A stretch of DNA of 64,000 nucleotides from Rikenellaceae bacterium (GCA_015060015.1 SUZG01000001.1:23605-87604), one strand, 5' to 3'. Positions 27,212 to 36,766 are shown, counted from the first letter of the stretch. A program made the numbers and translations. Notes: a model not told the origin generated them from the sequence alone.

Positions 27212-27772
27212 ATGATAGTCTGCGACACTATTCTGGGCAACATCCACGACGAGGAGTGGGCCGCACGCCTCGCAGCGTACAGCATAGAGGAGATTATGCT
27301 CGACCAATGGACGGCACAGAAGAGCCGTTTTATGGTTCATGCCGCCGATGGCGAGGAGTATGCCGTAACGCTGCAACGCAACACGCGGCTGCAAGATGGC
27401 GACATAATACACTGCGACGAGGCGACTCTTCGCCTCACTGTTGTGCGGATGGACCTCAACGAGGTGATGGAGATTGACCTTTGTCAGCTGCTGGACGAGC
27501 AGCCCGACGACATAATACATACGGCCGTTGCTCTCGGTCACTCCCTCGGCAACCAGCACTGGCCCGCAGTGGTCAAGGGGTGCAAAGTATATGTGCCACT
27601 GACGGTGGACAGGAAGGTTATGGCGAGTGTTATGCGTACGCACAACTTCGACAACATAACATTCTCGTTCCGCAACGGCAAGGAGATTATACCCTACCTC
27701 TCGCCGCACGAACTGCGGCGTCTGTTTGGCGGGGATGAGCATAACGAACATCACACGCACGATGAGAGATAA
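27212..27772 (+). CDS. ureE: Urease accessory protein UreE (Ni chaperone)
   Basis: LDQWTAQKSRF, RLQDGDII and LGHSLGNQHWPAVV; short His tail EHNEHHTH. ATG at 27212. Confidence 0.9.
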   Translation: MIVCDTILGNIHDEEWAARLAAYSIEEIMLDQWTAQKSRFMVHAADGEEYAVTLQRNTRLQDGDIIHCDEATLRLTVVRMDLNEVMEIDLCQLLDEQPDDIIHTAVALGHSLGNQHWPAVVKGCKVYVPLTVDRKVMASVMRTHNFDNITFSFRNGKEIIPYLSPHELRRLFGGDEHNEHHTHDER

Positions 27773-28496
27773 CCGCCCCACCGCAGAGGTTGTGATGCGT
27801 CTGCTGCAACTCTCGGACTCGGCCCTGCCCATAGGCACATTCTCCTTCTCGAACACGCTGGAGAGTGCTGTGGAGTGGGGCGTGGTGGGCGACAGGGAGT
27901 CGCTGCAAGAGTATTGCTCCGAGCTTTTACGGGTGGTGGCACTGACCGATGGTGTGGCGGCTCTGCACGCACTCAAAGCCTGTAACAGAGCCCGTTATGA
28001 CGATATTCTGCGAGCCGACAAACTGCTCTTTTGCAGCAAAGCATCCGACGAGGCCCGTCTGATGACGCAGCGTATGGGGCGAAAACTCGCAGAGTTGGGG
28101 GTGGCACTCGCAACATCTGAAAACAACCCCACCGAGGAGCATAAGGCCTCTGCAACGATACTACGCTGGCACGACGACATACGCAGCGGAAAAGCCGCAG
28201 GGTGCTGTGCCGTATCGCAGGGCATCATAGCCTCCACATTCGGTATCGGCGAGGAAGCTTTGTTCGCCTCGCTATGCTACTCGGCGGCGATGATGATACT
28301 CTCGGCGGCACTGCGGTCGATGCGTGTGACGCACATCGTCACGCAGCAGATTATCGGCGAGATATGCCACCTCGCAGAGCCTCTGCTTGCAGAAGCGAGA
28401 GGTCTTACCGTAGAGGATATGCAGAGCTTCGCCTTGGAGTATGATATTATGGCTTCACTCCACGAAAAGGGAGATAAGCGTTTGTTTATGAACTGA
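27762..28496 (+). CDS. ureF: Urease accessory protein UreF
   Basis: [24 protein letters not shown]...[11 protein letters not shown]. Start is uncertain (27726, 27735 or 27762). Confidence 0.9.
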   Translation: MRDNRPTAEVVMRLLQLSDSALPIGTFSFSNTLESAVEWGVVGDRESLQEYCSELLRVVALTDGVAALHALKACNRARYDDILRADKLLFCSKASDEARLMTQRMGRKLAELGVALATSENNPTEEHKASATILRWHDDIRSGKAAGCCAVSQGIIASTFGIGEEALFASLCYSAAMMILSAALRSMRVTHIVTQQIIGEICHLAEPLLAEARGLTVEDMQSFALEYDIMASLHEKGDKRLFMN

Positions 28497-28503
28497 TTGG
28501 ACA

Positions 28504-29145
28504 ATGAACACAACTTGCAGAATAGGCATAGGCGGGCCCGTAGGGTCGGGCAAGACCGCCATAATAGAGGCCATAACGCCTCGCCTGCTTGATGCCGGCC
28601 ACCGCGTGCTGATTATCACCAACGATGTGGTAACAACCGAGGATGCACAGCACGTCAGGCGTATGTTGAAGGGTATTTTGGTCGAGGAACGTATCATTGG
28701 CGTAGAGACGGGTGCCTGCCCCCACACAGCCGTAAGAGAGGACCCCTCGATGAATCTGGCCGCCGTAGAGGAGATGGAGAGTCGCTTCCCCGATGGTGAT
28801 GTGGTGCTGATTGAGTCGGGTGGCGACAACCTGACACTCACATTCAGCCCCGCACTTGTCGATTTCTTTATCTATGTGATAGATGTGGCGGCGGGCGACA
28901 AGATTCCACGCAAGGATGGGCCGGGGATATCGCACTCCGACATACTCGTAATCAACAAATTTGACCTCGCACCATATGTCAATGCCGACCTCGACGTTAT
29001 GCGTCGTGACTCAAAGGCGATGCGTGGCAACAAACCCTTCGTTTTCACGAACTGTATGACGGGCGAGGGCATAGCCGAGCTTACCGAGATGATACGGCGT
29101 ATGGCTCTGCTCGACCACATAACACCCTCACGGAACGATGATTAG
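28504..29145 (+). CDS. ureG: Urease accessory GTPase UreG
   Basis: [24 protein letters not shown] and NKFD. Confidence 0.96.
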   Translation: MNTTCRIGIGGPVGSGKTAIIEAITPRLLDAGHRVLIITNDVVTTEDAQHVRRMLKGILVEERIIGVETGACPHTAVREDPSMNLAAVEEMESRFPDGDVVLIESGGDNLTLTFSPALVDFFIYVIDVAAGDKIPRKDGPGISHSDILVINKFDLAPYVNADLDVMRRDSKAMRGNKPFVFTNCMTGEGIAELTEMIRRMALLDHITPSRNDD

Positions 29146-30103
29146 CGATTGGCACAAGGCCGACAACGACACCAACACTCCGCACAATGCCGACACCAAC
29201 ACTCCGCACGAGGTGCTGCGTTACATCAGTCCGACACCCTACGCCCGACTCGGCACGACGGGCAAGTCGGGTTTTCTGCGGCTCGGCTTCGAGTGCGACG
29301 CCAGCGGGCGGACAATACTTCGCGACTGGGAACGCCGCGTGCCACTCATCGTGCAGCAGGCTCTCTACTTCGACGAGCAGTTGCCCGATATGGCGTGTGT
29401 CTATATACTCTCGTCGGGAGGCCCCAACCTCGATGGCGACCGCTACGAGCAACTATTCACGCTGCGACGCGGAGCAATGGTACACCTCTCGACGGGTGCC
29501 GCCACGAAGATTGCCGAGATGCGTCACAACTACTCCTCGCTGCGGCAACATATACGCCTGGAAGAGGGCTCCTATCTGGAGTATCTGCCCGAGCCGGTGA
29601 TACCCTGCCGGCACTCGCGTTACATATCCGACACGCAGATAACCATAGCTCACTCGGCGGTGTTGCTCTATGGCGAGATATACCTCCCCGGACGGCGACA
29701 CTACGGGCGTGGCGAGAGGTTTGAGTATGACCTGCTGTCGGTGGCTATGCGTGTAGAGAGGGAGGATGGCGAACTGCTCTTTCGCGAGAAATTTACAGTT
29801 GAACCACACCGACACCACCCGCAGCGGAGAGGTGCTATGGGAGAATACGAGATATTTGCCAATGTGGTGCTTATAGCCGATGAGCCGATAGCCGACGACA
29901 TATATAACGCCACCACGCCCGCAATAGACCACGCCGAGGAACTGCTCTACGGCATCACGCGGCTGCCCAACCACTGCGGCGTGCAGCTCAAGGTGCTGGG
30001 CAACAGCACCGACAAGGTAAAACGGCTGGTGCGTCACTTTGCATCGCGAGTGAGGCAGAGGGTGAAGCACAAGCCTTTGAGAGATGATTTTGTTTGGAGA
30101 TAA
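29138..30103 (+). CDS. ureD: Urease accessory protein UreD
   Basis: [39 protein letters not shown] and [16 protein letters not shown]. Confidence 0.9.
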   Translation: MISDWHKADNDTNTPHNADTNTPHEVLRYISPTPYARLGTTGKSGFLRLGFECDASGRTILRDWERRVPLIVQQALYFDEQLPDMACVYILSSGGPNLDGDRYEQLFTLRRGAMVHLSTGAATKIAEMRHNYSSLRQHIRLEEGSYLEYLPEPVIPCRHSRYISDTQITIAHSAVLLYGEIYLPGRRHYGRGERFEYDLLSVAMRVEREDGELLFREKFTVEPHRHHPQRRGAMGEYEIFANVVLIADEPIADDIYNATTPAIDHAEELLYGITRLPNHCGVQLKVLGNSTDKVKRLVRHFASRVRQRVKHKPLRDDFVWR

Positions 30104-30112
30104 ATTACTGAT

Positions 30113-31156
30113 ATGGAAGAGATTAAGACATTAGAAGCGGAGTCTGCGGAGCAGACCACCCGCAGCGTGATAGACGAACTTCTACGGGGTGCCGGGCAGG
30201 TGATGTTTCAGAATAATGTATGGACCGGACTGTTCTTCCTGATAGCCATATTCTGGGGCTCGCTGCGTGAGGGCGAGATGATGGTGGCGTGGGGAGCATT
30301 GCTCGGTCTTGCGACATCGTCGGTTACGGGCCACATCTTGCGACTCCCCGCCGCCGACGGCCGTCAGGGGTTGTGGGGCTTCAACGGCATATTGGTCGGC
30401 TGTGCCTTTCCGACATTTTTAGGCGAAACGACAGGTATGTGGATAGCCCTTATAATATGTGCTGCGATGACTACCTGGGTGAGGTCGGGGCTGAACAATG
30501 TGATGGCTCCGTGGAAGGTGAACTCCTTCACCTTTCCCTTTGTGCTTTGCACCTGGATATTCCTCCTCGCTGCACGAGCCATGCAGGGCATACCCATCGA
30601 CGATATGTCCACGCCCTCGCTACCCTCGCACTTCACCTCGCTATCGACAATTCCGCCATTGCACCTGCTGGAATATTGGCTCAAAGGCGTGGCACAGGTC
30701 TTTCTGATTAACTCGTGGGAGGCGGGTCTGCTCATACTGATAGGTCTGGCGGCGAATGACCGCTGGGCGGCATTGTGGGCGGCGATAGGCTCTGCTGTGG
30801 CGTTGCTCTGTGCCATAGCGTTCCGGGCCGCAGGCAACGATGTGGCAGGAGGCCTGTATGGATTCAGCCCCGTACTCACTGCCATAGCCCTCGCCACAGT
30901 CTTCTACAAACCCAACTGGCGGTCGGCACTATGGTCGCTGATGGGCATCATAGTAACGGTCTTTGTGCAGGCGGCGATGAATATTGTTATGCAGCCGATA
31001 GGCATACCCACCCTCACAGGCCCCTTCTGCGTGGCGACGTGGTTGTTCCTGCTGCCTATGATACGCCTCGACTATCAGACCGAGCTGGACCACTCGAACT
31101 GGAGTGTCGAGAACAAGCCGCACCTCGCACGACACAGCTCAAAAAAGCCGAAATAA
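30113..31156 (+). CDS. Urea transporter (UT/Yut/UreT family)
   Basis: Duplicated halves GAGQVMFQNN..TGLFF / GVAQVFLINS, GLWGFNG / GLYGFSP and LTGPFCVATW. Confidence 0.92.
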   Translation: MEEIKTLEAESAEQTTRSVIDELLRGAGQVMFQNNVWTGLFFLIAIFWGSLREGEMMVAWGALLGLATSSVTGHILRLPAADGRQGLWGFNGILVGCAFPTFLGETTGMWIALIICAAMTTWVRSGLNNVMAPWKVNSFTFPFVLCTWIFLLAARAMQGIPIDDMSTPSLPSHFTSLSTIPPLHLLEYWLKGVAQVFLINSWEAGLLILIGLAANDRWAALWAAIGSAVALLCAIAFRAAGNDVAGGLYGFSPVLTAIALATVFYKPNWRSALWSLMGIIVTVFVQAAMNIVMQPIGIPTLTGPFCVATWLFLLPMIRLDYQTELDHSNWSVENKPHLARHSSKKPK

Positions 31157-31221
31157 TAGGATTTCTCCAAATGATATTACTCCTGTTCCGAAGAGTTTCC
31201 AACGATTAAAAAACTTACGTT

Positions 31222-32211
31222 ATGCATATGTCAGACGCCCTTATCTCGCCCTCAGTAGCTGCTGTGGCGGGAGTTGTGGCTGTGAGCCTCATAGCCGTAG
31301 CCATACAGAATTGCACTGCAAAAGCCTCAACACTCAACCCCGCACGCCGCGAGTATCTCTTTCCGCTTATGGGCGTGCTGGGGGCATTCATCTTCGCCGC
31401 ACAGATGATAAACTTCACGATTCCCGGCACGGGGTCAAGCGGTCATATCGTGGGAGGCATACTGCTTGCCGCCATACTCGGCCCCTGGCCCGCCTTCCTG
31501 ACACTATCGTCGGTGCTGATTATTCAGGCTCTGATATTTGCTGATGGCGGCATTCTGGCTCTCGGCTGCAACATAATAAATATGGCGGCTATGTCGTGCC
31601 TCGTCGCCTACCCCATATTTTTCAGAACGCTGGTATGCCCCAACGCCTCTGCGGCGAGGATAAGTGCAGCCTCCATCATCGCCTCTGTCATCGCCCTGAT
31701 GCTGGGTGCGGCAGCTCTGTCGGCCGAGACAGCTCTGTCGGGCGTGGCAGCACTCCCCATGCGGCAGTTTCTGGTCTATATGGTCGTCATACATCTCGTC
31801 ATAGGCTTCGGCGAGGGTATCGCTACGGCCGCCGTTCTCGCCATTGTGAGGCACTACCGCCCCGATATACTCTTCGAGAACAACCTCGGCACGACAAGGC
31901 CTACCGTCGCACGCCGTACGGCACGCGTCATATCACTCTTTGCCATTGCCGCCCTCATCATCGGAGCATCGTTCTCGTGGGTCGCTTCGTCAAAGCCCGA
32001 CGGCTTGGAGTGGTCTATCGAAAAGGTGGCCGACAATACGACACTCGCCAACCCCGACACCCACTATCACCGCATAGCGGCACAGATGCAGGAGCAGACG
32101 GCTCTGATGCCCGACTACGACACCTCGCTGGCGGGCATACTGGGTAGCGGAGCTATCATTCTGGGGGTCTTTGTCATAGCCTATATATTCCGTTATCAGC
32201 CCCGACGATGA
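31222..32211 (+). CDS. cbiM: ECF-type Ni/Co transporter substrate component, CbiM/NikM fused to PDGLE (NikN-like) domain
   Basis: N-terminal MHMSD, FAAQMINF, GSSGHIVGG, QALIFADGGILALGCN and C-terminal SKPDGLEWS. Confidence 0.9.
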   Translation: MHMSDALISPSVAAVAGVVAVSLIAVAIQNCTAKASTLNPARREYLFPLMGVLGAFIFAAQMINFTIPGTGSSGHIVGGILLAAILGPWPAFLTLSSVLIIQALIFADGGILALGCNIINMAAMSCLVAYPIFFRTLVCPNASAARISAASIIASVIALMLGAAALSAETALSGVAALPMRQFLVYMVVIHLVIGFGEGIATAAVLAIVRHYRPDILFENNLGTTRPTVARRTARVISLFAIAALIIGASFSWVASSKPDGLEWSIEKVADNTTLANPDTHYHRIAAQMQEQTALMPDYDTSLAGILGSGAIILGVFVIAYIFRYQPRR

Positions 32212-33008
32212 GCCGGCGGCTATACGAGGCTCTGCATCTGATAGATGCCACAGAGCATACAGCACGCCAGAAAACGCCCCTTGCACAGATAGATGCGAGG
32301 GCGAAGATGGTCGTGCTGCTCACATTTCTGCTCACGATGCTCTCGCTGCCCGTCGAGAGGCTCTCCGAGCTGATGCTCTTTGCCATATATCCAATCACTA
32401 TGGCGGCAGCTGCCGGTATTGGCTATGGTCAGCTGCTGCGACGGTCACTCATCATCATACCCTTCGTGGCCCTCATAGCTCTGCCCAACATCCTCTATCA
32501 GCGTGAGCCTGTGCTGGTGGAAGGTGGCGTGGTCATCACGCGTGGCTGGATAACACTCCTCGCAATCACTCTGCGAGGCGTACTCGCAGTGCAGGGCGTG
32601 GTGGTGATGATAGCCTCTACGGGTCTTTATGGCACTTGTCGGGCGATGCAGAGGCTGGGAGTGCCATATATTCTGGCCTCGCAGATATATCTCACACTGC
32701 GTTACATACGCCTGATGGTCGAGCAGGCTCTCCACCTGCAACAGGCTGTGGAGTCGCGTCTGTTTAGTCGCAAAACCCTGCCGCTGACACTCTGGGCAAG
32801 GCTTACGGGGCGGCTTCTCCTCCTCTCCATTGGGCGGGGCGAGGCTGTGGGGCGTGCTATGGCCTCGCGAGGCTTTGTCGGGCAGATGCCACAACTACCC
32901 TACCACCACACCAGACGATGGCGACGAAGGGACAGCGTTTATCTTGTGGTGTGGTGCTGCACGCTGCTCTGCCTGCGTGTGCTGCACTTCGCCGAGATGA
33001 TTTTTTAG
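32208..33008 (+). CDS. cbiQ: ECF transporter transmembrane T component (CbiQ/NikQ)
   Basis: DARAK, LTLRYI, ESR and RGEAVGRAMASRGF (T-component Ala/Ser-Arg-Gly motifs). Confidence 0.88.
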   Translation: MSRRLYEALHLIDATEHTARQKTPLAQIDARAKMVVLLTFLLTMLSLPVERLSELMLFAIYPITMAAAAGIGYGQLLRRSLIIIPFVALIALPNILYQREPVLVEGGVVITRGWITLLAITLRGVLAVQGVVVMIASTGLYGTCRAMQRLGVPYILASQIYLTLRYIRLMVEQALHLQQAVESRLFSRKTLPLTLWARLTGRLLLLSIGRGEAVGRAMASRGFVGQMPQLPYHHTRRWRRRDSVYLVVWCCTLLCLRVLHFAEMIF

Positions 33009-33011
33009 TTT

Positions 33012-33154
33012 CGGAATTATCTATTTTAGGCTTGTTGCTAAAAAATAGATTCTCACGCATTTGTTTTTCGTCACTCTGAGAGAGGCTTGCCGACCGTGAG
33101 AGTCTAAAAACAAATGCTCAGAATGACGTTACAAGCCTAAATGATATAATTCCG
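33012..33154. mobile_element. MITE-like element copy 2 (143 bp) inserted between cbiQ and cbiO
   Basis: TIRs match at 21/24 (33012-33035 CGGAATTATCTATTTTAGGCTTGT; 33131-33154 ACAAGCCTAAATGATATAATTCCG). Perfect 8-bp direct duplication TTTAGTTT at 33004-33011 and 33155-33162. Core 33047-33130 differs from copy 1 only in T-run length (5 vs 7) and one G/A substitution. Confidence 0.82.
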
Positions 33155-33168
33155 TTTAGTTTTATGCT

Positions 33169-33906
33169 ATGCACCACTACCTGACATTCAATGACATACA
33201 CTTCCACTACCCCCACGCCGAGGAGGCTCTGCGGGGTGTGTCGTTCACGCTGCACCACGGCGAGCACGTCGCCATAGCAGGTGCTAACGGAGCCGGCAAA
33301 TCGACCCTGCTGATGCTCTGCAACGGCCTGCTGATGCCCACCTCGGGATGGGTCGATGTGGGAGGCGTGAGGCTCACCGAGCAGAGCCTGCAAACCATTC
33401 GCCAGCAGGTGGGGCTTATCTTTCAGGATGCCGACAATCAGCTCTTTATGCCTACCGTCGAGGAGGATATTGCCTTCGGGCCGTCACTTATGCACCTCAC
33501 CGACGAGGAGGTCGCAACACGCACCTCGCAGGCGATGCACGAGGTAGGCATCGAGCATCTGCGGGGGCGTGAGCCGCACTCATTGTCGGGTGGCGAGAAG
33601 CGGCGTACAGCCATAGCTACGGTGCTGGCGATGACACCCTCCATTCTGCTGCTTGACGAGCCTACGACAGGTCTTGACCCCAGATCGCGGCGGCAGCTGA
33701 TAGCGTTGCTGCGGAGCTTCCGGCACACGATGCTCATAGCCACGCACGATATGGATATGATAGCCGACCTCTGCCCCCGCACGATACTTCTGAACGAGGG
33801 TGTGGTGGCGGCAGATGCACCTACGGAGAAGATTTTTGACGATGCTTCACTGCTGGAAAGGTGCGGATTGGAGAGGCCCCTATCGTGGCAGGCGAGGGAG
33901 TTTTAA
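33169..33906 (+). CDS. cbiO: ECF transporter ATPase (CbiO/NikO)
   Basis: GANGAGKST, FQDADNQLFMPTVEEDIAFGP, LSGGEKRR and LLDEPT. Confidence 0.93.
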   Translation: MHHYLTFNDIHFHYPHAEEALRGVSFTLHHGEHVAIAGANGAGKSTLLMLCNGLLMPTSGWVDVGGVRLTEQSLQTIRQQVGLIFQDADNQLFMPTVEEDIAFGPSLMHLTDEEVATRTSQAMHEVGIEHLRGREPHSLSGGEKRRTAIATVLAMTPSILLLDEPTTGLDPRSRRQLIALLRSFRHTMLIATHDMDMIADLCPRTILLNEGVVAADAPTEKIFDDASLLERCGLERPLSWQAREF

Positions 33907-34440
33907 GAGTCGGTCACAGCGGTCGATGACCCACAGCAGAACCACGCCGACAAGCACTCCCGCCGCCGACTCGAACAGTCGCAGGGCACAGTTTGTCAGG
34001 GGGTTCATATCGGGTTCTATCTGCGTGATTAGCAGGATGATGATAAGCGTGATGGTGGCTATGCGGCTCTTCGTGTAGATGCCTATCATCATACACAGCA
34101 TCTCCAGCAGAAACACCGCACACAACATTCCGAAGATGGTGAAATGAAACAGTTTAAGATAGATGTAGCCGATAACCACGCCGATAAACGTTCCCAGCGT
34201 ACGCATCCACGCAGGACGCAGGGCATCGCGGTAGTTGCCCGACTGCAAGACGATGACCACCGAGGTACACGAAAGCAGTGCTCCCATCCACTGCGACACC
34301 CGATGAAACGAACCTGTAACATATACGCCCACAAGGTAGGCGACATAGATTCCGACACACGAGGTGAGCAGCACCACGATATTTATACGCGAGAAGGCCC
34401 TCGCAAGGGCAGAGTAAAGCGTAGAGAGGATAGTTTTCAT
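33880..34440 (-). CDS. FUSC-like / aromatic acid exporter family membrane protein
   Basis: WMGALLSCTSVVIV, RTLGTFIGVVIG, IATITLIII and CALRLFESAAGVLVG; overlaps the cbiO 3' end by 27 bp. Confidence 0.75.
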   Translation of the reverse strand: MKTILSTLYSALARAFSRINIVVLLTSCVGIYVAYLVGVYVTGSFHRVSQWMGALLSCTSVVIVLQSGNYRDALRPAWMRTLGTFIGVVIGYIYLKLFHFTIFGMLCAVFLLEMLCMMIGIYTKSRIATITLIIILLITQIEPDMNPLTNCALRLFESAAGVLVGVVLLWVIDRCDRLLKLPRLPR

Positions 34441-34483
34441 AGCGTAAAGTTTATTGCATCAGAGGCAATAAACGAGCCGAAAA

Positions 34484-34567
34484 CGAGATGAAAGATAAAA
34501 GATGAAAGAGCAAAGAGTTGTGACTCTAAATATCTTTCCTCTTTGCTCTTTTATCTTTACTCTTGTT
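34484..34567. repeat. Inverted arrays of a 7-bp repeat (AAAGAnn, then TCTTTnn)
   Basis: aaagata aaagatg aaagagc aaagagt ... tctttcc tctttgc tctttta tctttac tcttgtt. Confidence 0.75.
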
Positions 34568-35987
34568 TCACGTCGCAGACCTTCGTGAGGCCTCTCTCCG
34601 CGGCTAACTTCTCCATCAGAGCATACGCCTCGTCGTAGTCGTTGCGTATCTCGCCATCGAGAATGGCATTCTTGATTATCTCCTTCATCTCGCCGATGAT
34701 GTTGCATGGCTGCAAGGCGTAGCACTTCATAATGATATCGCCCGTGATGGGGGGCTGGAAGTTGCGGATACGGTCGCGTTCCTCCAAATCCTTCATCTTG
34801 CGACGCACCAGCTCGAAGTTGGCAAGATAACGCTTCACCTTGGCATCAATGCCCGATGTGATGTCGGCCTCGCACAGCGTCATCAGCTTTTCCACATCGT
34901 CGCCCGCCTCAAACAACAGACGCCTTACGGCCGAGTCGGTGACCATATCCTCGGACAGGATAATGGGTCGCAGATGCAGATAGACCATCTTCTGCACGAA
35001 CTTCATAGGCTCGCCCAACGGCAGTTTCAGGCGGCGGAAGATATCGCGTACCATCTTCGAGCCGACAACCTCGTGCTGGTGGAACGTCCAGCCTATATTC
35101 TTGTCGTAGGCCTTCGTCAGCGGCTTGGCTATGTCGTGCAGCACAGCCGCCCAGCGTAGCCACAAATCGTCACTTCGGCGTGCCACATTATCCAGCACTT
35201 TCAGCGTGTGGCGGAAGTTATCCTTATGGGCGTGGTTGCCCACCCTCTCAACGCCGCACAGGCGTTCCATCTCCGGAAAAATCAACTCCAGCAGACCCGT
35301 CAGATGCAGCAGGTCGAAGCCGATAGAGGGCACAGGCGAGAGAACTATCTTATTGAGTTCCACCTGAATACGCTCCTTCGACACTATCTTGATGCGTTCC
35401 TTGTTGCGGGCGATGGCATCGAAGGTCTCCTCCTCGATATCGAAGCCCAGCTGCGTGGCAAAGCGTATGGCTCGCATCATACGCAGGGGGTCGTCCGAGA
35501 AGGTTATATCGGGGTCGCAGGGCGTACGGATAATGCAGTCCTCCAGGTCGTACATACCCTCAAAGGGATCCACCAGCTCGCCAAACCTATCGCCGTTCAG
35601 ACACCACGCCATAGCGTTTATGGTGAAGTCGCGGCGACGCTGATCATCCTCCAGCGAGCCCGGCTCAACGGTCGGCTTGCGAGAGTCGTGGGTATAGGAC
35701 TCCTTGCGGGCCCCCACAAACTCAACCTCCGTACCTCCGGCACGCACCATAGCCGTTCCGAAGGTCTTGAATACCGACACCTTGCCCCGCACCTCGCGAC
35801 CCAGAGCCTCGGCAACCTCTATACCGCTGCCCACAACCACGACATCGATGTCAGTCGAGGGGCGACGCAGATAGTAGTCACGCACATAGCCGCCCACGAC
35901 ATAGGCCTCAACGCCGAGCCTATCGACGATGGCGGATATCTTGCGGAAGATGGGGTTTGAGAGTGCTTTATTATCGTTCATCGGCAT
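34557..35987 (-). CDS. cca: CCA tRNA nucleotidyltransferase with HD domain
   Basis: VVGGYVRD, DIDVVV, DQRRRDFTINA, DDPLRMMRAIRFA and LHDIAKP. Confidence 0.93.
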   Translation of the reverse strand: MPMNDNKALSNPIFRKISAIVDRLGVEAYVVGGYVRDYYLRRPSTDIDVVVVGSGIEVAEALGREVRGKVSVFKTFGTAMVRAGGTEVEFVGARKESYTHDSRKPTVEPGSLEDDQRRRDFTINAMAWCLNGDRFGELVDPFEGMYDLEDCIIRTPCDPDITFSDDPLRMMRAIRFATQLGFDIEEETFDAIARNKERIKIVSKERIQVELNKIVLSPVPSIGFDLLHLTGLLELIFPEMERLCGVERVGNHAHKDNFRHTLKVLDNVARRSDDLWLRWAAVLHDIAKPLTKAYDKNIGWTFHQHEVVGSKMVRDIFRRLKLPLGEPMKFVQKMVYLHLRPIILSEDMVTDSAVRRLLFEAGDDVEKLMTLCEADITSGIDAKVKRYLANFELVRRKMKDLEERDRIRNFQPPITGDIIMKCYALQPCNIIGEMKEIIKNAILDGEIRNDYDEAYALMEKLAAERGLTKVCDVKQE

Positions 35988-36033
35988 CGTCTTTACGCTG
36001 TTTTACATTGCTTTACGCTATCGCACCGTGACA

Positions 36034-36750
36034 CTATCGCACAAGGCAACGGCGGTATAGTTGAACGGTATTTTCCAGACCGAGATAGAGTGCATCGGCG
36101 ATGAGGGCGTGACCGATGGATACCTCGTCACACCACGCTATGCGTTCGGCAAAATATTTCAGATTTTCGAGGCTCAAATCGTGACCTGCATTCAGACCCA
36201 GACCCACCCTGCGGGCAGCCTCGGCAGCCTCCACATAGGGAGCAATAGCAGCCTCACGGTCAGCCTTATAGCCTGCGGCATAGGCCTCCGTATAGAGCTC
36301 CACGCGTTGCGTGCCGCACGCCGCAGCCGCCTCGACCATCTCGACCACAGGATCGACAAAGATAGAGGTGCGTATGCCGGCATCGTTGAAGCGGGCACAT
36401 ATATCACGCAAAAACTCGGCATTGCGAATGGTATCCCAGCCGGCATTCGAGGTGATAGCGTCCTCGGCATCGGGGACAAGCGTAACCTGTGCGGGGCGTA
36501 CCTCCATAACCAGATCGACGAAGCTCGGAATGGGGTTACCCTCGATGTTCAGCTCGGTGGAGATGGCCGCCTTCAACTCTCGCACATCGGAGTAGCGTAT
36601 GTGGCGGGCATCGGGACGCGGATGCACGGTGATACCCTCGCCGCCAAAGCGTTCGATATCGAGTGCCGCCTTCAACAGATTGGGCACATCGCCGCCGCGT
36701 GAATTGCGTAGTACGGCAATCTTATTTACGTTTACACTTAACTTTGTCAT
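36034..36750 (-). CDS. pdxJ: Pyridoxine 5'-phosphate synthase
   Basis: [45 protein letters not shown] and VSIGHALI. Confidence 0.96.
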   Translation of the reverse strand: MTKLSVNVNKIAVLRNSRGGDVPNLLKAALDIERFGGEGITVHPRPDARHIRYSDVRELKAAISTELNIEGNPIPSFVDLVMEVRPAQVTLVPDAEDAITSNAGWDTIRNAEFLRDICARFNDAGIRTSIFVDPVVEMVEAAAACGTQRVELYTEAYAAGYKADREAAIAPYVEAAEAARRVGLGLNAGHDLSLENLKYFAERIAWCDEVSIGHALIADALYLGLENTVQLYRRCLVR

Positions 36751-36758
36751 AAAATCGT

Positions 36759-36766
36759 TATATTTG
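36759..36766 (+). promoter_or_regulatory. -7 box (TATATTTG) for nadK
   Basis: Consensus TAnnTTTG in the pdxJ/nadK divergent intergenic region. Confidence 0.5.

Noticed and set aside
24488-33154. The two ~150-bp repeats as a CRISPR array, or as a composite transposon carrying the whole urease-Ni module
   Set aside because: Only two copies 8.5 kb apart, with no spacer structure or cas genes. Each copy has its own target duplication and copy 2 lies inside the cbi operon, so they are independent insertions.
24660-34440. Frequent ATA (Ile) codons in the urease region as proof of foreign origin
   Set aside because: Core genes nearby (nadK, cca) also use ATA visibly, so it may reflect expression level; a quantitative codon analysis is needed.
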